From Mustelus asterias (Eukaryota): a stretch of DNA of 64,000 nt. Where the stretch lies: positions 992,001 through 1,056,000 of the forward strand of contig NW_027590122.1 in assembly GCF_964213995.1 (NCBI RefSeq), in the 5' to 3' direction. The translations under genes and the position numbers were made by a program. Positions 1-12,390 of the stretch are shown one piece after another. The notes beneath the pieces were generated by a model, which was given only the letters and a program-made list of their open reading frames with translations, did not search any database and was not told the DNA's origin. Within the stretch, counting starts at the first letter, position 1. Every line of letters starts with the position of its first letter.

Positions 1-328
1 ATAGAAATCATAGAAACCCCACAGTGCAGAAGGAGGCCATTCGGCCCATCGAGTCTGCACTGACCACAATCCCACCCAGGCCCTACCCCCACATATTTAC
101 CCACTAATCCCTCCAACCTACGCATCCCAGGATTCTAAGGGGCAATTTTTAACCTGGCCAATCAAGCTAACCTGCACATCTTTGGACTGTGGGAGGAAAC
201 CGGAGCGCCCGGAGGAAACTCACGCAGACACGAGGAGAATGTGCAAACTCCACACAGACAGTGACCCGAGCCGGGAATCGAACCCGGGACCCTGGAGCTG
301 TGAAGCAGCAGTGCTAACTACTGCACCA
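1..328 (-). mobile_element. tRNA-derived shark SINE (HE1/V-SINE-like) with CR1-type 3' tail
   Basis: The reverse complement has a tRNA-like head (B box GGTTCGATTCCC), the central CTGTGTGGAGTTTGCACATTCTCC domain and a GATGGGCCGAATGGCCTCC...(TTCTATGA)n tail. Many related copies occur in the window. Confidence 0.85.
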
Positions 329-464
329 TTTTATACCTTGGTGCTTTGGCTTCACTCGTAATTGAATCACAAAACATGATTTTTTTTAATGCAATAACAT
401 ACATCAATGGTGGCTATCTTACCCAGCATTCACAGTGAATCAGAATATGATCCAGCCGCTCAAT

Positions 465-760
465 AGACTTTGCGCATGCGCAGTGGATGTTGCTGCCGCA
501 GTAGCAGCAGGGTGGTTATATCAGCTCCGGGTTTCCAGGGAAACGGATTATTCTGGAGGGTAATGGAGGCGGCGGGGTGGGTGGAGAGGCTTCATAAGCA
601 CCCAGTGGAGACAGGAAAACCCGAATAATAACTGCTCGGTGTCGCGTTCGTACCATTCGGGGCCGCGACCGCAGATGCCTGATTTGGAGGCCCCGAGTTG
701 ACGGAGGCCATCTTTGTCGGGGCGATGGGCAATAGTGCGCATGCGCGGTGCTCCCTGTCA
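465..760. promoter_or_regulatory. CpG-rich promoter with NRF1-type and YY1-type motifs, probably of the zinc-finger gene
   Basis: Perfect TGCGCATGCGCA at 471-482, TGCGCATGCGC at 736-746, GCCATCTTTG near 707-716, and locally high CpG density. Confidence 0.55.
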
Positions 761-1159
761 GCAGGAGGAGAGAATGTTGTGAATTTCTATCCTGGACTGA
801 CAGTGATGGACTTTGGAAACTCCTTTTACAGGGAGTTAGAAGGGGAGGATTTACACACAGAAAACTCAACCCAAGAGAAATGTTTCTCACTTAATTTCTA
901 TTCTTGACTGACAATGATGATCTTTTTTTAACAGGAAATTTGACGACAAAATTTGAAGGGAAACTTAAACCAGACATCAGACCAAAACCTGCCAGAGTCA
1001 CTCCATTCATCAGAACCTGATTGTAAGTGTGTCTGTAGAAAAAGATTCAAACATCTGTGTGGCTGGAAATAGGAAACAATAATGTCATGGAAGGATTTGC
1101 AAAAAAAGATGCAATGTTTTAAATTGAGTTGTTTAACCGGGAGCCTGTGTGGGTCAGTG

Positions 1160-1400
1160 TTTTAAAGTTTATTTATTAGTATCACAAGTAGGCTTAGCCT
1201 ACATTAACACTGCAAGTTGCTGTAAAATTCCCCTAGTTGTCACACTCCAGCACTTGTTCGGGTCAACGCACCTAACCAGCAAGCCTTTCTGACTGTGGGA
1301 GGAAACCCATGCAGACATGGGGAGAACGTGCAGACTCCACACACACAGTCACCCAAGCCATGAATTGAACCCACTGTGAGGCAGCAGTGCTAACCACTGC
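1160..1400 (-). mobile_element. Shark SINE, variant with the alternative (non-CR1) tail
   Basis: Same head and central domain as 1-328, but the tail resembles CAGTGTTAATGTAAGCCTACTTGTGA...TAATAAATAAACTTTA. Confidence 0.7.
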
Positions 1401-1689
1401 AGCCCCATGGTGATGGGTGAGTGTGTGGGACTTGATGCAGAGGACAGGGGTTTATATGCACCAAAGTTTTTCATGGGTTAAATGAGGGACGCTGACAGTC
1501 AAGTCTAAAGAAAATAAAGGAATGAATGAAAGTTCTAGAAACATCAGCTGAGACAGGGATTTAGCGAAACTCAAGTTGGTAATGAATAGATGAGGCTGTC
1601 CGGTCAAGTCAGGAGGGAATGCATGAAATTTTCAGAAACAATACTAATATTCTGATGCAGCGAATGGTAATGACCTGAAACTCTATGTT

Positions 1690-2150
1690 CTAAAAAACTC
1701 AATCAAATTTGTGAGACATGATTTTCCACTCACAAAGCCATGCTGTCCCTAATCAATCCTTGCGTCTCTAAATGCCTGTAGATCCTGTCTCTCAAAATAC
1801 CTTCGAGCAACTTAGCCACTGCAGATGTGAGGCTCACCCACCGGCCTGTAGTTCCCAGGCTTTTCCCTGCAGCCCTTCTTAAACAAAGGCACAACATTTG
1901 CCACCCTCCAATCTTCAGGCACCTCACCTGTGACTATCGATGATTCAAATATCTCTGCTAGGGGACCCACAATTTCCACCCTAGCCTCCCACAATGTCCT
2001 GGGATACACTTCATCAGGTCCCAGGGATTTATCTCCCTTGATGCACTTGACGATTTCCAGCACCTCCTTCTCTGGTTACATGTGCACTCCTCAAGACATC
2101 ACTATTCATTTCCCCAAGTTCTCTAACATCCATGCTTTTCTCAACAACGG
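1690..2150 (-). mobile_element. CR1 LINE ORF2 fragment
   Basis: Translates to KSLGPDEVYPRTLWE...GEVPEDWRVANVVPLFKKG...PGNYRPV with frameshifts. Very similar to 33497-34290. Confidence 0.85.
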
Positions 2151-2159
2151 ATTTCTCAA

Positions 2160-2735
2160 AGGATTGTGAATGAAGCCCAGTCCATTGCGCAAACCTGCCT
2201 CCCATCCATTGACTCTTTACACATCCGGCTGCTTCGGAAAAGCAGCCAGCATAATCAACCCGCACACCCCGGACATTCACACTTCCACCTTTTTCCATTG
2301 GGGAAATGAAACAAAAGTCTGAGCTCACATACCAACCAACTCAAGAACAGCTTCTTCCCTGTTGCCGTCAGACTTTTGAATGGACCTACCTCGCACTAAG
2401 TTGATCTTTCTGTCCACCTGAGCTATGACTGTAACACTACATCCTGCACCCTTTATGTTTAAAGCGCGGATGGATGGATTCCTGATCGGTAAGGGAATTA
2501 AGGGTTATGGGGATCAGGCGGGTAAGTGGTACTGATCCACGTCAGATCAGCCATGATCTTATTGAATGGCGGGGCAGGCTCGAGGGGCTAGATGGCCTAC
2601 TCCTGCTCCTATTTCTTATGTTCTTATGTTCTCTCCTTTCCTTCTCTATGAACTGTATGCTTTGTCTTGATAGTGTGCAAGAAACAATTCTTTTCACTGT
2701 ATACTAGTACATATGACAATAATAAATCAAATCAA
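2160..2735 (+). mobile_element. Rex1/Babar-like LINE 3' end interrupted by a CR1 3' tail (about 2460-2630)
   Basis: Matches in reverse the 3' part of the element at 55660-57490 and ends in CAATAATAAATCAAATCAA. The insert ends in (TTCTTATG)n. Confidence 0.65.
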
Positions 2736-4837
2736 GTGCATCCTTGGATCTTGTGGGAGTTTGGGGAACTTGGGGATGAAATTGCAGAGGGCCTTGCAGA
2801 GATATTTGCTTCATCCCTTTCCACTGGTGAAGTTCTGGAAGACTAGAGTGTGGCTAATGTTGTTCCATTGTTTAAGAAGGGCTGCAAAGAGAAGCCTGGT
2901 AATTACAGGCCGGTGAGCCTGACACCAGTGGCAGGTAAGTTACTGGAGAGGATTCTGGCCAACCTTTGGATAGTCAAGGTCCGGTTAGGGAGAGTTGTCA
3001 GAGATCCTGGGTACCAGTACCTTTAGGCATTCTTAGTCGACTTGAGTACAAACAGCACTGGACACCACGCACAATCCAATGTGGGGCCTTTAATGACTTG
3101 TGCACAAGGGGAAACCCTGTGCAGCTGTCCCGCAAGTGGTTCTGATGTTACAGAAAAATAACTTGGCAATAATAGTCAATTACAGCAAATCAGAAACCAG
3201 GAATGTTTCTAATCCTTCATTGACGGACATATTCGCCAATTAAATCCTCGCTTTTCACCCTTTCGCATTCAAAATTAATTTCTGCAAATCTTTTATTTGC
3301 ATAGCATATCCCCATATCTCACCTTTGGTATTTGTTATGGAGAAATCTGGTCTTGCTCACCCTCTGGTGAAGGCCGAAAAGCAGAATGTTCTGGGGCCTA
3401 CGTAGGTGAAGATTAGCCTGTTCATGCTGAAATAGCAGACACTGACTCCTTTGAAGGTCTGCAAGCCGATAAACATTTTCACTCGCTGTTAAAGAGAAGG
3501 CAGGAAACTTTAATCTGAGCATTTCCACATAGTCAGCCCTGCTTCGTGCATGTATTAGAGTGGGCCAAGGCTGAGGCAGCTGTCGTATATATATTTATAG
3601 AGAGAGAATAGACTAACATTTCGAGTCTGGATGACCCTTTGTCAGAACTCTGATGAAGGGTCATCCAGACTTTAAATGTTGGCTCCATTCTCTCTCCACA
3701 GATGCTGTCAGACCTGCTGACATTTTCCAGCACTTTCTGTTTTTGTTTCAGATTCCAGCATCCGCAATATTTTGCTTTTATATGTATTTATGTATCCAAA
3801 TGTGCTGTGTTAACAAAATGGACAGTTACTAACCGAAATATAAAGCATCCTGGATTTAGCTGACTTGACCATATTCCTATAGTTATTCAGTCATTAAAGA
3901 CACAGTCATGGAGCATTAAACTTGCCGAGCAGGGCCCCTTGTACCAACACACAGGCAGCTGCTTTGTGAGACTGCGAGCAGCACAGACAAGTCAGAGATA
4001 AGAGTGTCCTGAGAAGAGAGATTCATTGTGAAGGCTCAGGGACGGTTGATAAGATGTAAGAATTCTATGATTCGAATGAACATTCTTTCCTCTCTCGTTC
4101 CCCAAAAGCTGTGAATCTTCATTCCACACACTCTCCCTCCATTCTCACTCTGCTGTATCTAATATTCGCCCTCCCAATTCTCCTGAAGGTGCTGATTGAG
4201 GCTGATTGACAGATCCATGCTCACTGCTTCCTGTCCACCACACACAAATCATAAGAAACAGGAGCTGCAGTTGGCCATTCAGCCCATCGAACTGCCTCAA
4301 CCATTCATTGAGAATTGGCTGATCGACTGCAGCATCATTTCCCACGCTATCCCCAAGATAGAGAGAGAATAGAGCCAATGTTTCGAGTCTGGAGAGAGGA
4401 AAGAATGTTCCATAGAAACTAGAATTGTCTGTTCTGAATTTCTATCCTGTACTGACACTGATGACTTTTGTAAACTTGTTTTACAGGATACTGAAAGAGG
4501 AATCACAGGCCGAAATCTCAAACGTCACATCTCGATCTGACAGAGTCATATTCCATGGGAGCTGAATATCATCGGCCTTTGAATCTAGAAGGAGAAATTG
4601 TTGTCCAGTTTGTCAATTTGAAAAGATTTCAAGTGTCAGTGTGACTGGAAAAGCACCAACACACGGCCACACTCGAGTGAGGGTGTTTCAGTGCACTGAC
4701 TGAAGAGCTTTAACCAGTTACACAGCCTGAATAAATATCACAACATTCACAGCGGGGAGAGACGGTACCCGTGTTCTGTGTGTGGGCAAGGCTTCAACTG
4801 ATTGTCCACTCAAGAAAGAGGCAAGGACACCTGCACC

Positions 4838-5512
4838 ATGGAGAAACCATGGAAATGTGGGGACTGTGGGAAGAGATACAGATCCCCATCAGAGCTGGAA
4901 GCTCATCGGCGCAGTCACACTGGGGAGAGACCATTCACCTGCTCTCAGTGTGGGAAGGGATTCACTCGGTTATTCCAGCTGCAGATACACCAGCGAGTTC
5001 ACACAGGGGAGAGGCCCTTCACCTGCTCTCAGTGTGGGAAGGGATTCACTCAGTCATGCACCCTGCAGACACACCAGCGAGTTCACACAGGGGAGAGACC
5101 ATTCACCTGCTCTCAGTGTGGGAAGGGGTTCAGTCGGTTATCCAACCTTCAGACACACCAGCGACTTCACTCTGGTGAGAGGCCATTCACCTGCTCTCAG
5201 TGTGAGAAGGGATTCAGTCATTCATCCAATCTGCGCACACACCAGCGAGTTCACACTGGGATGAGGCCATTCACCTGCTCTCAGTGTGGGAAGGGATTCA
5301 CTCGGTCATCCAACCTGCGGGCACATAAGCGCGTTCACACTGGAGAGAGACCGTTCACCTGCTCTCAGTGTGGGAAGAGGTTCACTTGGTCATCCGTCCT
5401 GCTGAGACACCAGCGAGTTCACACTGGGGAGAGGCCATTCACCTGCTCTCAGTGTGGGACGGGATTCACAGTTTCATCCCAGCTGCTGAGACACCAACAA
5501 GTTCACGAGTGA
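4838..5512 (+). CDS. C2H2 zinc-finger protein with 8 tandem fingers
   Basis: ATG 4838 gives [12 protein letters not shown]..., then eight CxxC-x12-HxxxH units with TGERPF-type linkers and TGA at 5510-5512. Decayed fingers with stop codons lie upstream (about 4630-4830). Confidence 0.9.
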   Translation: MEKPWKCGDCGKRYRSPSELEAHRRSHTGERPFTCSQCGKGFTRLFQLQIHQRVHTGERPFTCSQCGKGFTQSCTLQTHQRVHTGERPFTCSQCGKGFSRLSNLQTHQRLHSGERPFTCSQCEKGFSHSSNLRTHQRVHTGMRPFTCSQCGKGFTRSSNLRAHKRVHTGERPFTCSQCGKRFTWSSVLLRHQRVHTGERPFTCSQCGTGFTVSSQLLRHQQVHE

Positions 5513-5873
5513 TTCCAGGGGTTGGATTCTGCTGTTATTGTTTTCGCTCTCAATTACATCCAGGACTGCATTTTGTTCATTCTCACAGTTGGTCAATGGG
5601 GAGGGTCGGAGGGTTTCTTTCTGCTGGACTGGCTGGTCTCACGACTTTGTCTCCAGTGGGCTGATGTTCTTTGAGTCTTGTTCCGAATACCTGGTTTCAT
5701 ATTTCACAAGGATCACAGAGTGACAGGGTGTTTGGAAGTTCAGAGATATTTAGTCAGCATTTCTGTTTGAAACCTCCCAGTGCCCATCCAATTTCCTTTG
5801 TAATTGTTTATTGTCTCCACTTCCTCCACCCTCGTAGACAGCGAGTTCCAGATGAGATCCAGATCCAGAATGG

Positions 5874-6220
5874 GCGGCACGTTAGCACAGTGGTTTGCAC
5901 TGCTGCTTCACAGCCCCAGGGACCTGGATTCGATTCCTGGCTTGGGTCACTGTCTGTGCGGAGTTTGCACATTCTCCTCGTGTCTGCGTGGGTTTCCTCT
6001 GGGTGCTCCGGTTTCCTCCCACAGTCCAAAGATGTGCAGGTTAGGTTGATTGGCCATGCTAAAATTGCCCCTTAGTGTCCTGGGATGGGTAGATTAGAGG
6101 GATTAGCGGGTAAAATATGTAGGGATATGGGGGTAGGGCCTGGGTGGGATTGTGGTCAGTGCAGACTCGATGGGCCGAATGGCCTCTTTCTGTACTGTAT
6201 GGTTTCTATGATTTCTATGA
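5874..6220 (+). mobile_element. Shark tRNA-derived SINE with CR1-type tail
   Basis: GGGCGGCACG...GATTCGATTCC head, conserved central domain, (TTTCTATGA)n tail. Confidence 0.85.
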
Positions 6221-6899
6221 TCATTACCATTCGCTGCACCAAAATATTCTTCCTCACGACCCCCCTGCATCTCTGACCCAAAACCTTAAATCTGCACCCC
6301 CCCTCATCCTTGTCCCATCAGCTAATGGGAACAGCTTTTCTTTGTCCACCTTATCTAAACCTGTCAGAATCTTGTCCACCTCTATCAAATCTCCCCTCAA
6401 CCTCCTTTGCTCCAAGGGGAACAACCCCAGCCTGACATCAACAATAAAGAACAAGCTAACAGAATATGTTACTGTCTGAAATCAAATGGGAATGTTTAAT
6501 TTCTGTTTTAAAGATATTGTGAATATATTGTCCTGGACAATAAAGAAATTGGAATAACTCACCTTGGGTGTGGTTGAATGGAATATATCAATCTGATATC
6601 CACCTACAGTCTCGTGAAAGACTGGAACGTGTAGCTGGAAATCCCTCCCTAACAGCACTGTGGGTGTACTTACACCTCAGGCATTGTAGCAGTTCAGGAA
6701 GGCAGTGTTGGGGTTGACCATGGCCGAGGCAGCTACAGACAGCCACATATTCTGTTATAATTGAAGGACTGCAGATTGAATGTGAGGCATTATGGGACTG
6801 GACTATCTTGACCACATTCCTGTGACTCATTGTTCCACAGGAGCAGGCTGAGGGTAAGGGAGCTTGTGTGTGCACTAATTTATTTAATTATTTTTTCAG

Positions 6900-9637
6900 T
6901 TAAATTAGTGAAAAAAATCGGAGGTTTTTTTTTCTAAACAGGAAATAGGCCCAGCAGCAGCCTGGGAAGGTTTTGGAGGGTTTAAAAGTAGGCCGCACCT
7001 TTGAGCGGGCAGCGTCGTTAGCGGGCAGTGGAGTGAGCAGGGGACAGAGTGAGAGCTAAAAGGGCTTTGGCTCACAGGGCTTCGGCGAAGGCGAGGAAGG
7101 TTGTTTGTTTGTTTTTCTTCGGTTACACCCCCTTTTTGTTTCATCCCCAAAACTAAAAAGGACATGGCTGATATGAGTGGGAGGCCAGTATACTGCATTC
7201 GGTGTGGGATGTGGGAGTTCCTGGAGACAAGTTGCCTCCCGGAAGTCCATATCTATGCCAGATGCGTGGAACTGCATCTCCTGAAGGATCGTGTAAGGGA
7301 GCTGGAGCTGAGGCTCGATGAACTCAGTTTAGTTAGGGAAAATGAGCGAGTAATAGATAAAAGTTACAGTCAGGTAGTGACACCAGGGTCTCGGAAGGAA
7401 GACACGTGGGTCACAGTTAGGAGGGGTAATAGTCAGAAGGGTGATGTGCCAGAAAGTACCCCAGTGGCAGTCTCCCATAAAAGAAAGGAATGGGCAACAG
7501 ATGGGAGAAGGGAAGGGAGTAAGCAGTCTGTGGAGGGATCCCCTGTGGTTGTCCCCCTCCAAAATAGGTATCTTGTTTTGGATTCTGTGGAGGGGGATGA
7601 CCCTCCAGGGGTAAGCCATGAGGACCAGATCGCCTCCACGGAGACAGGCTCAGGGGTCCAGAAGGGAAAGAAGGGGTTTAGGAGAGCGATAGTTGTGGGG
7701 GACGCAATGGTTAGAGGCACGGACAGGCGCTTCTGTGGGACTGAACGAGAATCCAGGATGGTAGTCTGCCTCCCTGGTGCTGGGGTACTGGATGTCTCCG
7801 AGAGGGTAGGAAGCATATTTAAAAAGGAAGGGAGTCAAACGGATGTGATTGTACACATTGGGGGAAATGATGTAGGTAGGAAGAGCAGGGGGGTCATACG
7901 AGAGAAATTCAGGGAGTTGGGTGCTAGGCTAAAAAGTAAGGCCTCCAGGGTAGCAATCTCTGGACTGCTCCCGGTGCCGAGTGCAAGTGAGGCTCGGAAC
8001 AGGGAGATTCTACAGTTGAACGCGTGGCTAAAGGACTGGTGCAAGAGGGAGGGTTTTAAATTCATAGATAACTGCGAAATCTTCAAGTCAGGATGGCAAC
8101 TGTACAGAAAGGATGGGTTACACCTTAACTGGAAGGGAGCAAATATCCTGGCTGGGAGTTTTGCTAGAGTGTTTCGGCAGGATTTAAACTAGTGTGGCAG
8201 GGGGGTGGGGAACAAAACAGGAGGTCAGTAAATACTGAGGCTGGGGTCGAGCTGGGGGCCAGGGCAAGGCTAGCTAAGAAGAGGAGCACTCTGGAGGAGG
8301 AGGACCTGACTGGGCCTGGAGGTCTGGAGTGCATCTGCTTCAATGCGAGGAGTGTAACGGGTAAAACAGACGAACTTAGGGCCTTAATGCTTGTGCGGAA
8401 TTTGGATGTGGTTGCGGTGACGGAAACTTGGTTAAAAGAAGGACAGGACTGGCAACTGAATATTCCGGGGTATAAGTGTTTTAGGCGAGACAGAGGAGGG
8501 GCTAAAAAAGGTGGGGGAGTAGCGATATTAGTTAAGGAGCATATTACCGCGGTGCAGAGGGTAGACAACTTAGAGGGGTCATGTACTGAGTAGGAGACAG
8601 AGGGTAGTGGTCGAAGGGTCTTTTTCCGGCTGGAGGTCTGTGACCAGTGGTATTCCGCAGGGCTCTGTACTGGGACCTCTGCTATTTGTGATATATATAA
8701 ATGATTTGGAAGAAGGTGTAACTGGTGTAATCAGCAAGTTTGCGGATGACACGAAGATGGCTGGAATTGCGGATAGCGAAGAGCATTGTCGGGCAATACA
8801 GCAGGATATAGCTGGCTGGAAAATTGGGCGGAGAGGTGGCAGATGGAATTTAATCCGGATAAATGCGAAGTGATGCATTTTGGAAGAAATAATGTCGGGA
8901 GGAGTTATACAATAAATGGCAGAGTCATCGGGAGTATAGAAACACAGAGGGACCTAGGTGTGCAAGTCCACAAATCCTTGAAGGTGGCAACACAGGTGGA
9001 GAAGGTGGTGAAGAAGGCATATGGTATGCTTGTCTTTATAGGACGGGGTATAGAGTATAAAAGCTGGAGTCTGATGATGCAGCTGTATAGAACGCTGGTT
9101 CGACCACATTTGGAGTACTGCGTCCAGTTCTGGTCGCCGCACTACCAGAAGGACGTGGAGGCATTGGAGAGAGTGCAGAGAAGGTTTACCAGGATGTTGC
9201 CTGGTATGGAGGGTCTTAGCTATGAGGAGAGATTGGGTAGACTGGGGTTGTTCTCCTTGGAAAGACGGAGAATGAGGGGAGATCTAATAGAGGTATACAA
9301 GATTATGAAGGGTATAGATAGGGTGAACAGTGGGAAGCTTTTTCCCAGGTCGGAGGTGACGATCACGAGGGGTCACGGGCTCAAGCTGAGAGGGGCGAAG
9401 TATAACTCAGACATCAGAGGGACGTTTTTTACACAGAGGGTGGTGGGGGCCTGGAATGCGCTGCCAAGTAAGGTGGTGGAGGCAGGCACGCTGACATCGT
9501 TTAAGACTTACCTGGATAGTCACATGAGCAGCCTGGGAATGGAGGGATACAAACGATTGGTCTAGTTGGACCAAGGAGCGGCACAGGCTTGGAGGGCCGA
9601 AGGGCCTGTTTCCTGTGCTGTACTGTTCTTTGTTCTT
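6900..9637 (+). mobile_element. CR1 LINE (family A) with 5' UTR, intact ORF1 and internally deleted ORF2
   Basis: ORF2 starts with the AP-endonuclease motifs CFNARS and VAVTETWL, then jumps near 8591 into the RT region (GIPQGSVLGPLLF, KFADD). Ends in a (TTCTTTG)n tail. Nearly identical to 24310-26855 where the two overlap. Confidence 0.92.
7164..8192 (+). CDS. CR1 ORF1 protein (N-terminal Cys cluster, coiled coil, SGNH-esterase-like domain)
   Basis: CIRCGMWE cluster, heptad-like LKDRVRELELRL, esterase-like blocks VVGDAMVRG, CLPGA, HIGGND and DGLHLN. The ORF is uninterrupted. Confidence 0.85.
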   Translation: MADMSGRPVYCIRCGMWEFLETSCLPEVHIYARCVELHLLKDRVRELELRLDELSLVRENERVIDKSYSQVVTPGSRKEDTWVTVRRGNSQKGDVPESTPVAVSHKRKEWATDGRREGSKQSVEGSPVVVPLQNRYLVLDSVEGDDPPGVSHEDQIASTETGSGVQKGKKGFRRAIVVGDAMVRGTDRRFCGTERESRMVVCLPGAGVLDVSERVGSIFKKEGSQTDVIVHIGGNDVGRKSRGVIREKFRELGARLKSKASRVAISGLLPVPSASEARNREILQLNAWLKDWCKREGFKFIDNCEIFKSGWQLYRKDGLHLNWKGANILAGSFARVFRQDLN

Positions 9638-10693
9638 GACTGCTCAGTTTCTGCAATCACGGACCATTAAAGCTGCTTAGCAGGGCCCTGACAGAGGACC
9701 TGGTAAGAATATTTACTCAGAATGAGTTAGAATTAAACTTCTTCCAGCAACAGCTGGTGTTCTGTGGCTAAGATACTTGAATCTGTAAAAATGGGGCCTG
9801 ACAAATCTACAAACAGTGATAAGCAGTTGGTTAAGAAGCTAAGAAGTGTTCGCAGGCATTGTTTAAATTATTTTATCATAAATTTGTGATGAGAACTGTG
9901 AGGAACTTGTGATCCAATAGTCAGCGAAGTGATGGAATACTCCAAGTAGCACTGGACTGAAAAGCAGACATCAGAGTAGATACTAATGGTTATAATCTTA
10001 CCCAAGCATGGCCAGTGAAAAATCAGAACTCGAGTGCGGACCGGTCTCTTACCTGCCATTTGGAAACTAAGAACATGAAATTTATTGATAAAGTGATTAG
10101 GGAATAGAGCCAACGTTTCAAGTCTGGATAATACTTCATCACAGCTCATATGAAGGGTCATCCAGTCTTGAAACATTGGCTCTATTCTCTCTCCACAGGT
10201 GCTGTCAGATCTGCTGAGATTTCCCAGCATTTTGTGTTTTTGTTTCAGCGTCTGCAGTATTTAAATTTTATGATAAAATGATTAGTTCTGATTGGAATTC
10301 CCACAACCCTCCTGCAAAACAGTGGGAGTGGTGGCAAAAGGACTAAAATGGTCAGGATGATAAAGTCTGGGTTCTGATTCTCCGAGCCCATGTAGAATAA
10401 ACAAAATGAGTGAACCAGTTTATAAAGAACAGAAGTTACCCATCCCTAAGAAAAACTGATCAAATGAAAATAATTATGTTGAGGAAAATAACAAAAAATT
10501 AATAGATGAAGCTTAAAATCAAGTTTGTTTGGTTGATAGAGAAGTTTTTTAAACTTGTACAAAGTGACGTAATTGTGTGCCAAGTTTTTCCCGCTCACTC
10601 CCCACCCCTTTAGGTTCTGTAGAAAAGTTAACCCTTTCAGCAGACATTTGATTTGTTTTTAAATCACTCAGAAACTCATCTGTCTATTTTAGA

Positions 10694-12147
10694 ACATAGA
10701 ACATAGAACAGTACAGCACAGAACAGGCCCTTCAGCCCACGATGTTGTGCTGAGCTTTATCTGAAACCAAGATCAAGCTATCCCACTCCCTATCATCCTG
10801 GTGTGCTCCATGTGCCTATCCAATAACCGCTTAAATGTTCCTAAAGTGTCTGACTCCACTATCACTGCAGGCAGTCCATTCCACACCCCAGCCACTCTCT
10901 GCGTAAAGAACCTACCTCTGATATCCTTCCTATATCTCCCACCATGAACCCTATAGTTATGCCCCCTTGTAATAGCTCCATCCACCCGAGGAAATAGGCT
11001 TTGAACGTTCACTCTATCTATCCCCTTCATCATTTTATAAACCTCTATTAAGTCTCCCCTCAGCCTCCTCTGCTCCAGAGAGAACAGCCCTAGCTCCCTC
11101 AACCTTTCCTCATAAGACCTACCCTCCAAACCAGGCAGCATCCTGGTAAATCTCCTCTGCACTCTTTCCAGCGCTTCCACGTCCTACTTATAGTGAGGTG
11201 ACCAGAACTGCACACAATATTCCAAATGTGGTCTCACCAAGGTCCTGTACAGTTGCAGCATAACCCCACGGCTCTTAAACTCCAACCCCCTGTTAATAAA
11301 AGCTAACACACTATAGGCCTTCTTCACAGCTCTATCCACTTGAGTGGCAACCTTTAGAGATCTGTGGATATGGACCCCAAGATCTCTCTGTTCCTCCACA
11401 GTCTTCAGAACCCTACCTTTGACCCTGTAATCCACATTTAAATTAGTCCTACCAAAATGAATCACCTCACATTTATCAGGGTTAAACGCCATTTGCCATT
11501 TTTCAGCCCAGCTTTGCATCCTATCTATGTCTCTTTGCAGCCTACAACAGCTCTCCACCTCATCCACTACTCCACCAATCTTGGTGTCATCAGCAAATTT
11601 ACTGATCCACCCTTCAGCCCCCTCCTCTAAGTCATTAATAAAAATCACAAAGAGCAGAGGACCAAGCACTGATCCCTGTGGCACTCCGCTAGCAACCTGC
11701 CTCCAATCCGAAAATTTTCCATCGACCACCACCCTCTGTCTTCGATCAGACAGCCAGTTACCTATCCAATCGGCCAACTTTCCCTCTATCCCACACCTCC
11801 TCACTTTCATCATAAGCCGACCATGGGGGACCTTATCAAACGCCTTACTAAAATCCATGTATATGACATCAACTGCCCCACCTTCATCAACACACTTTGT
11901 TACCTCCTCAAAAAATTCTATCAAATTTGTGAGGCACGACTTGCCCTTAACGAATCCGTGCTGACTATCCCGGATTAATCCGCATCTTTCTAAATGGTCG
12001 TAAATCCCATCCCTAAGGACCTTTTCCATCAATTTACCAACCACCGAAGTAAGACTAACCGGTCTATAATTACCAGGGTCATTTCTATTCCCTTTCTTAA
12101 ACAGAGGAACAACATTCGCCATTCTCCAGTCCTCTGGCACCATCCCT
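10694..12147 (-). mobile_element. CR1 LINE (family B), 5'-truncated RT region with one nonsense codon
   Basis: ORFs 11184-12143 and 10773-11180 are in frame and separated by TAG. Contains QHGF, DFSKAFD, PQGSVLGP and FADD. (TTCTATG)n tail. Confidence 0.92.
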
Positions 12148-12184
12148 GTATGGAGTCAGTAGAGATAGGCGAGGTGATGAATGA

Positions 12185-12390
12185 ACACATAGAACATAGA
12201 ACATAGAACAGTACAGCACAGAACAGGCCCTTCGGCCCACGATGTTGTGCCGAGCTTTATCTGAAACCAAGATCAAGCTATCCCACTCCCTATCATCCTG
12301 GTGTGCTCCATGTGCCTATCCAATAACCGCTTAAATGTTTCTAAAGTGTCTGACTCCACTATCACTGCAGGCAGTCCATTCCACACCCAC
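12185..12390 (-). mobile_element. Short 3' end of CR1 family B
   Basis: Near-identical to 10694-10890. Confidence 0.85.

Noticed and set aside
4771-5264. Alternative-frame ORFs over the zinc-finger gene, and antisense ORFs over LINEs and SINEs elsewhere
   Set aside because: Shadow frames of repetitive coding sequence.
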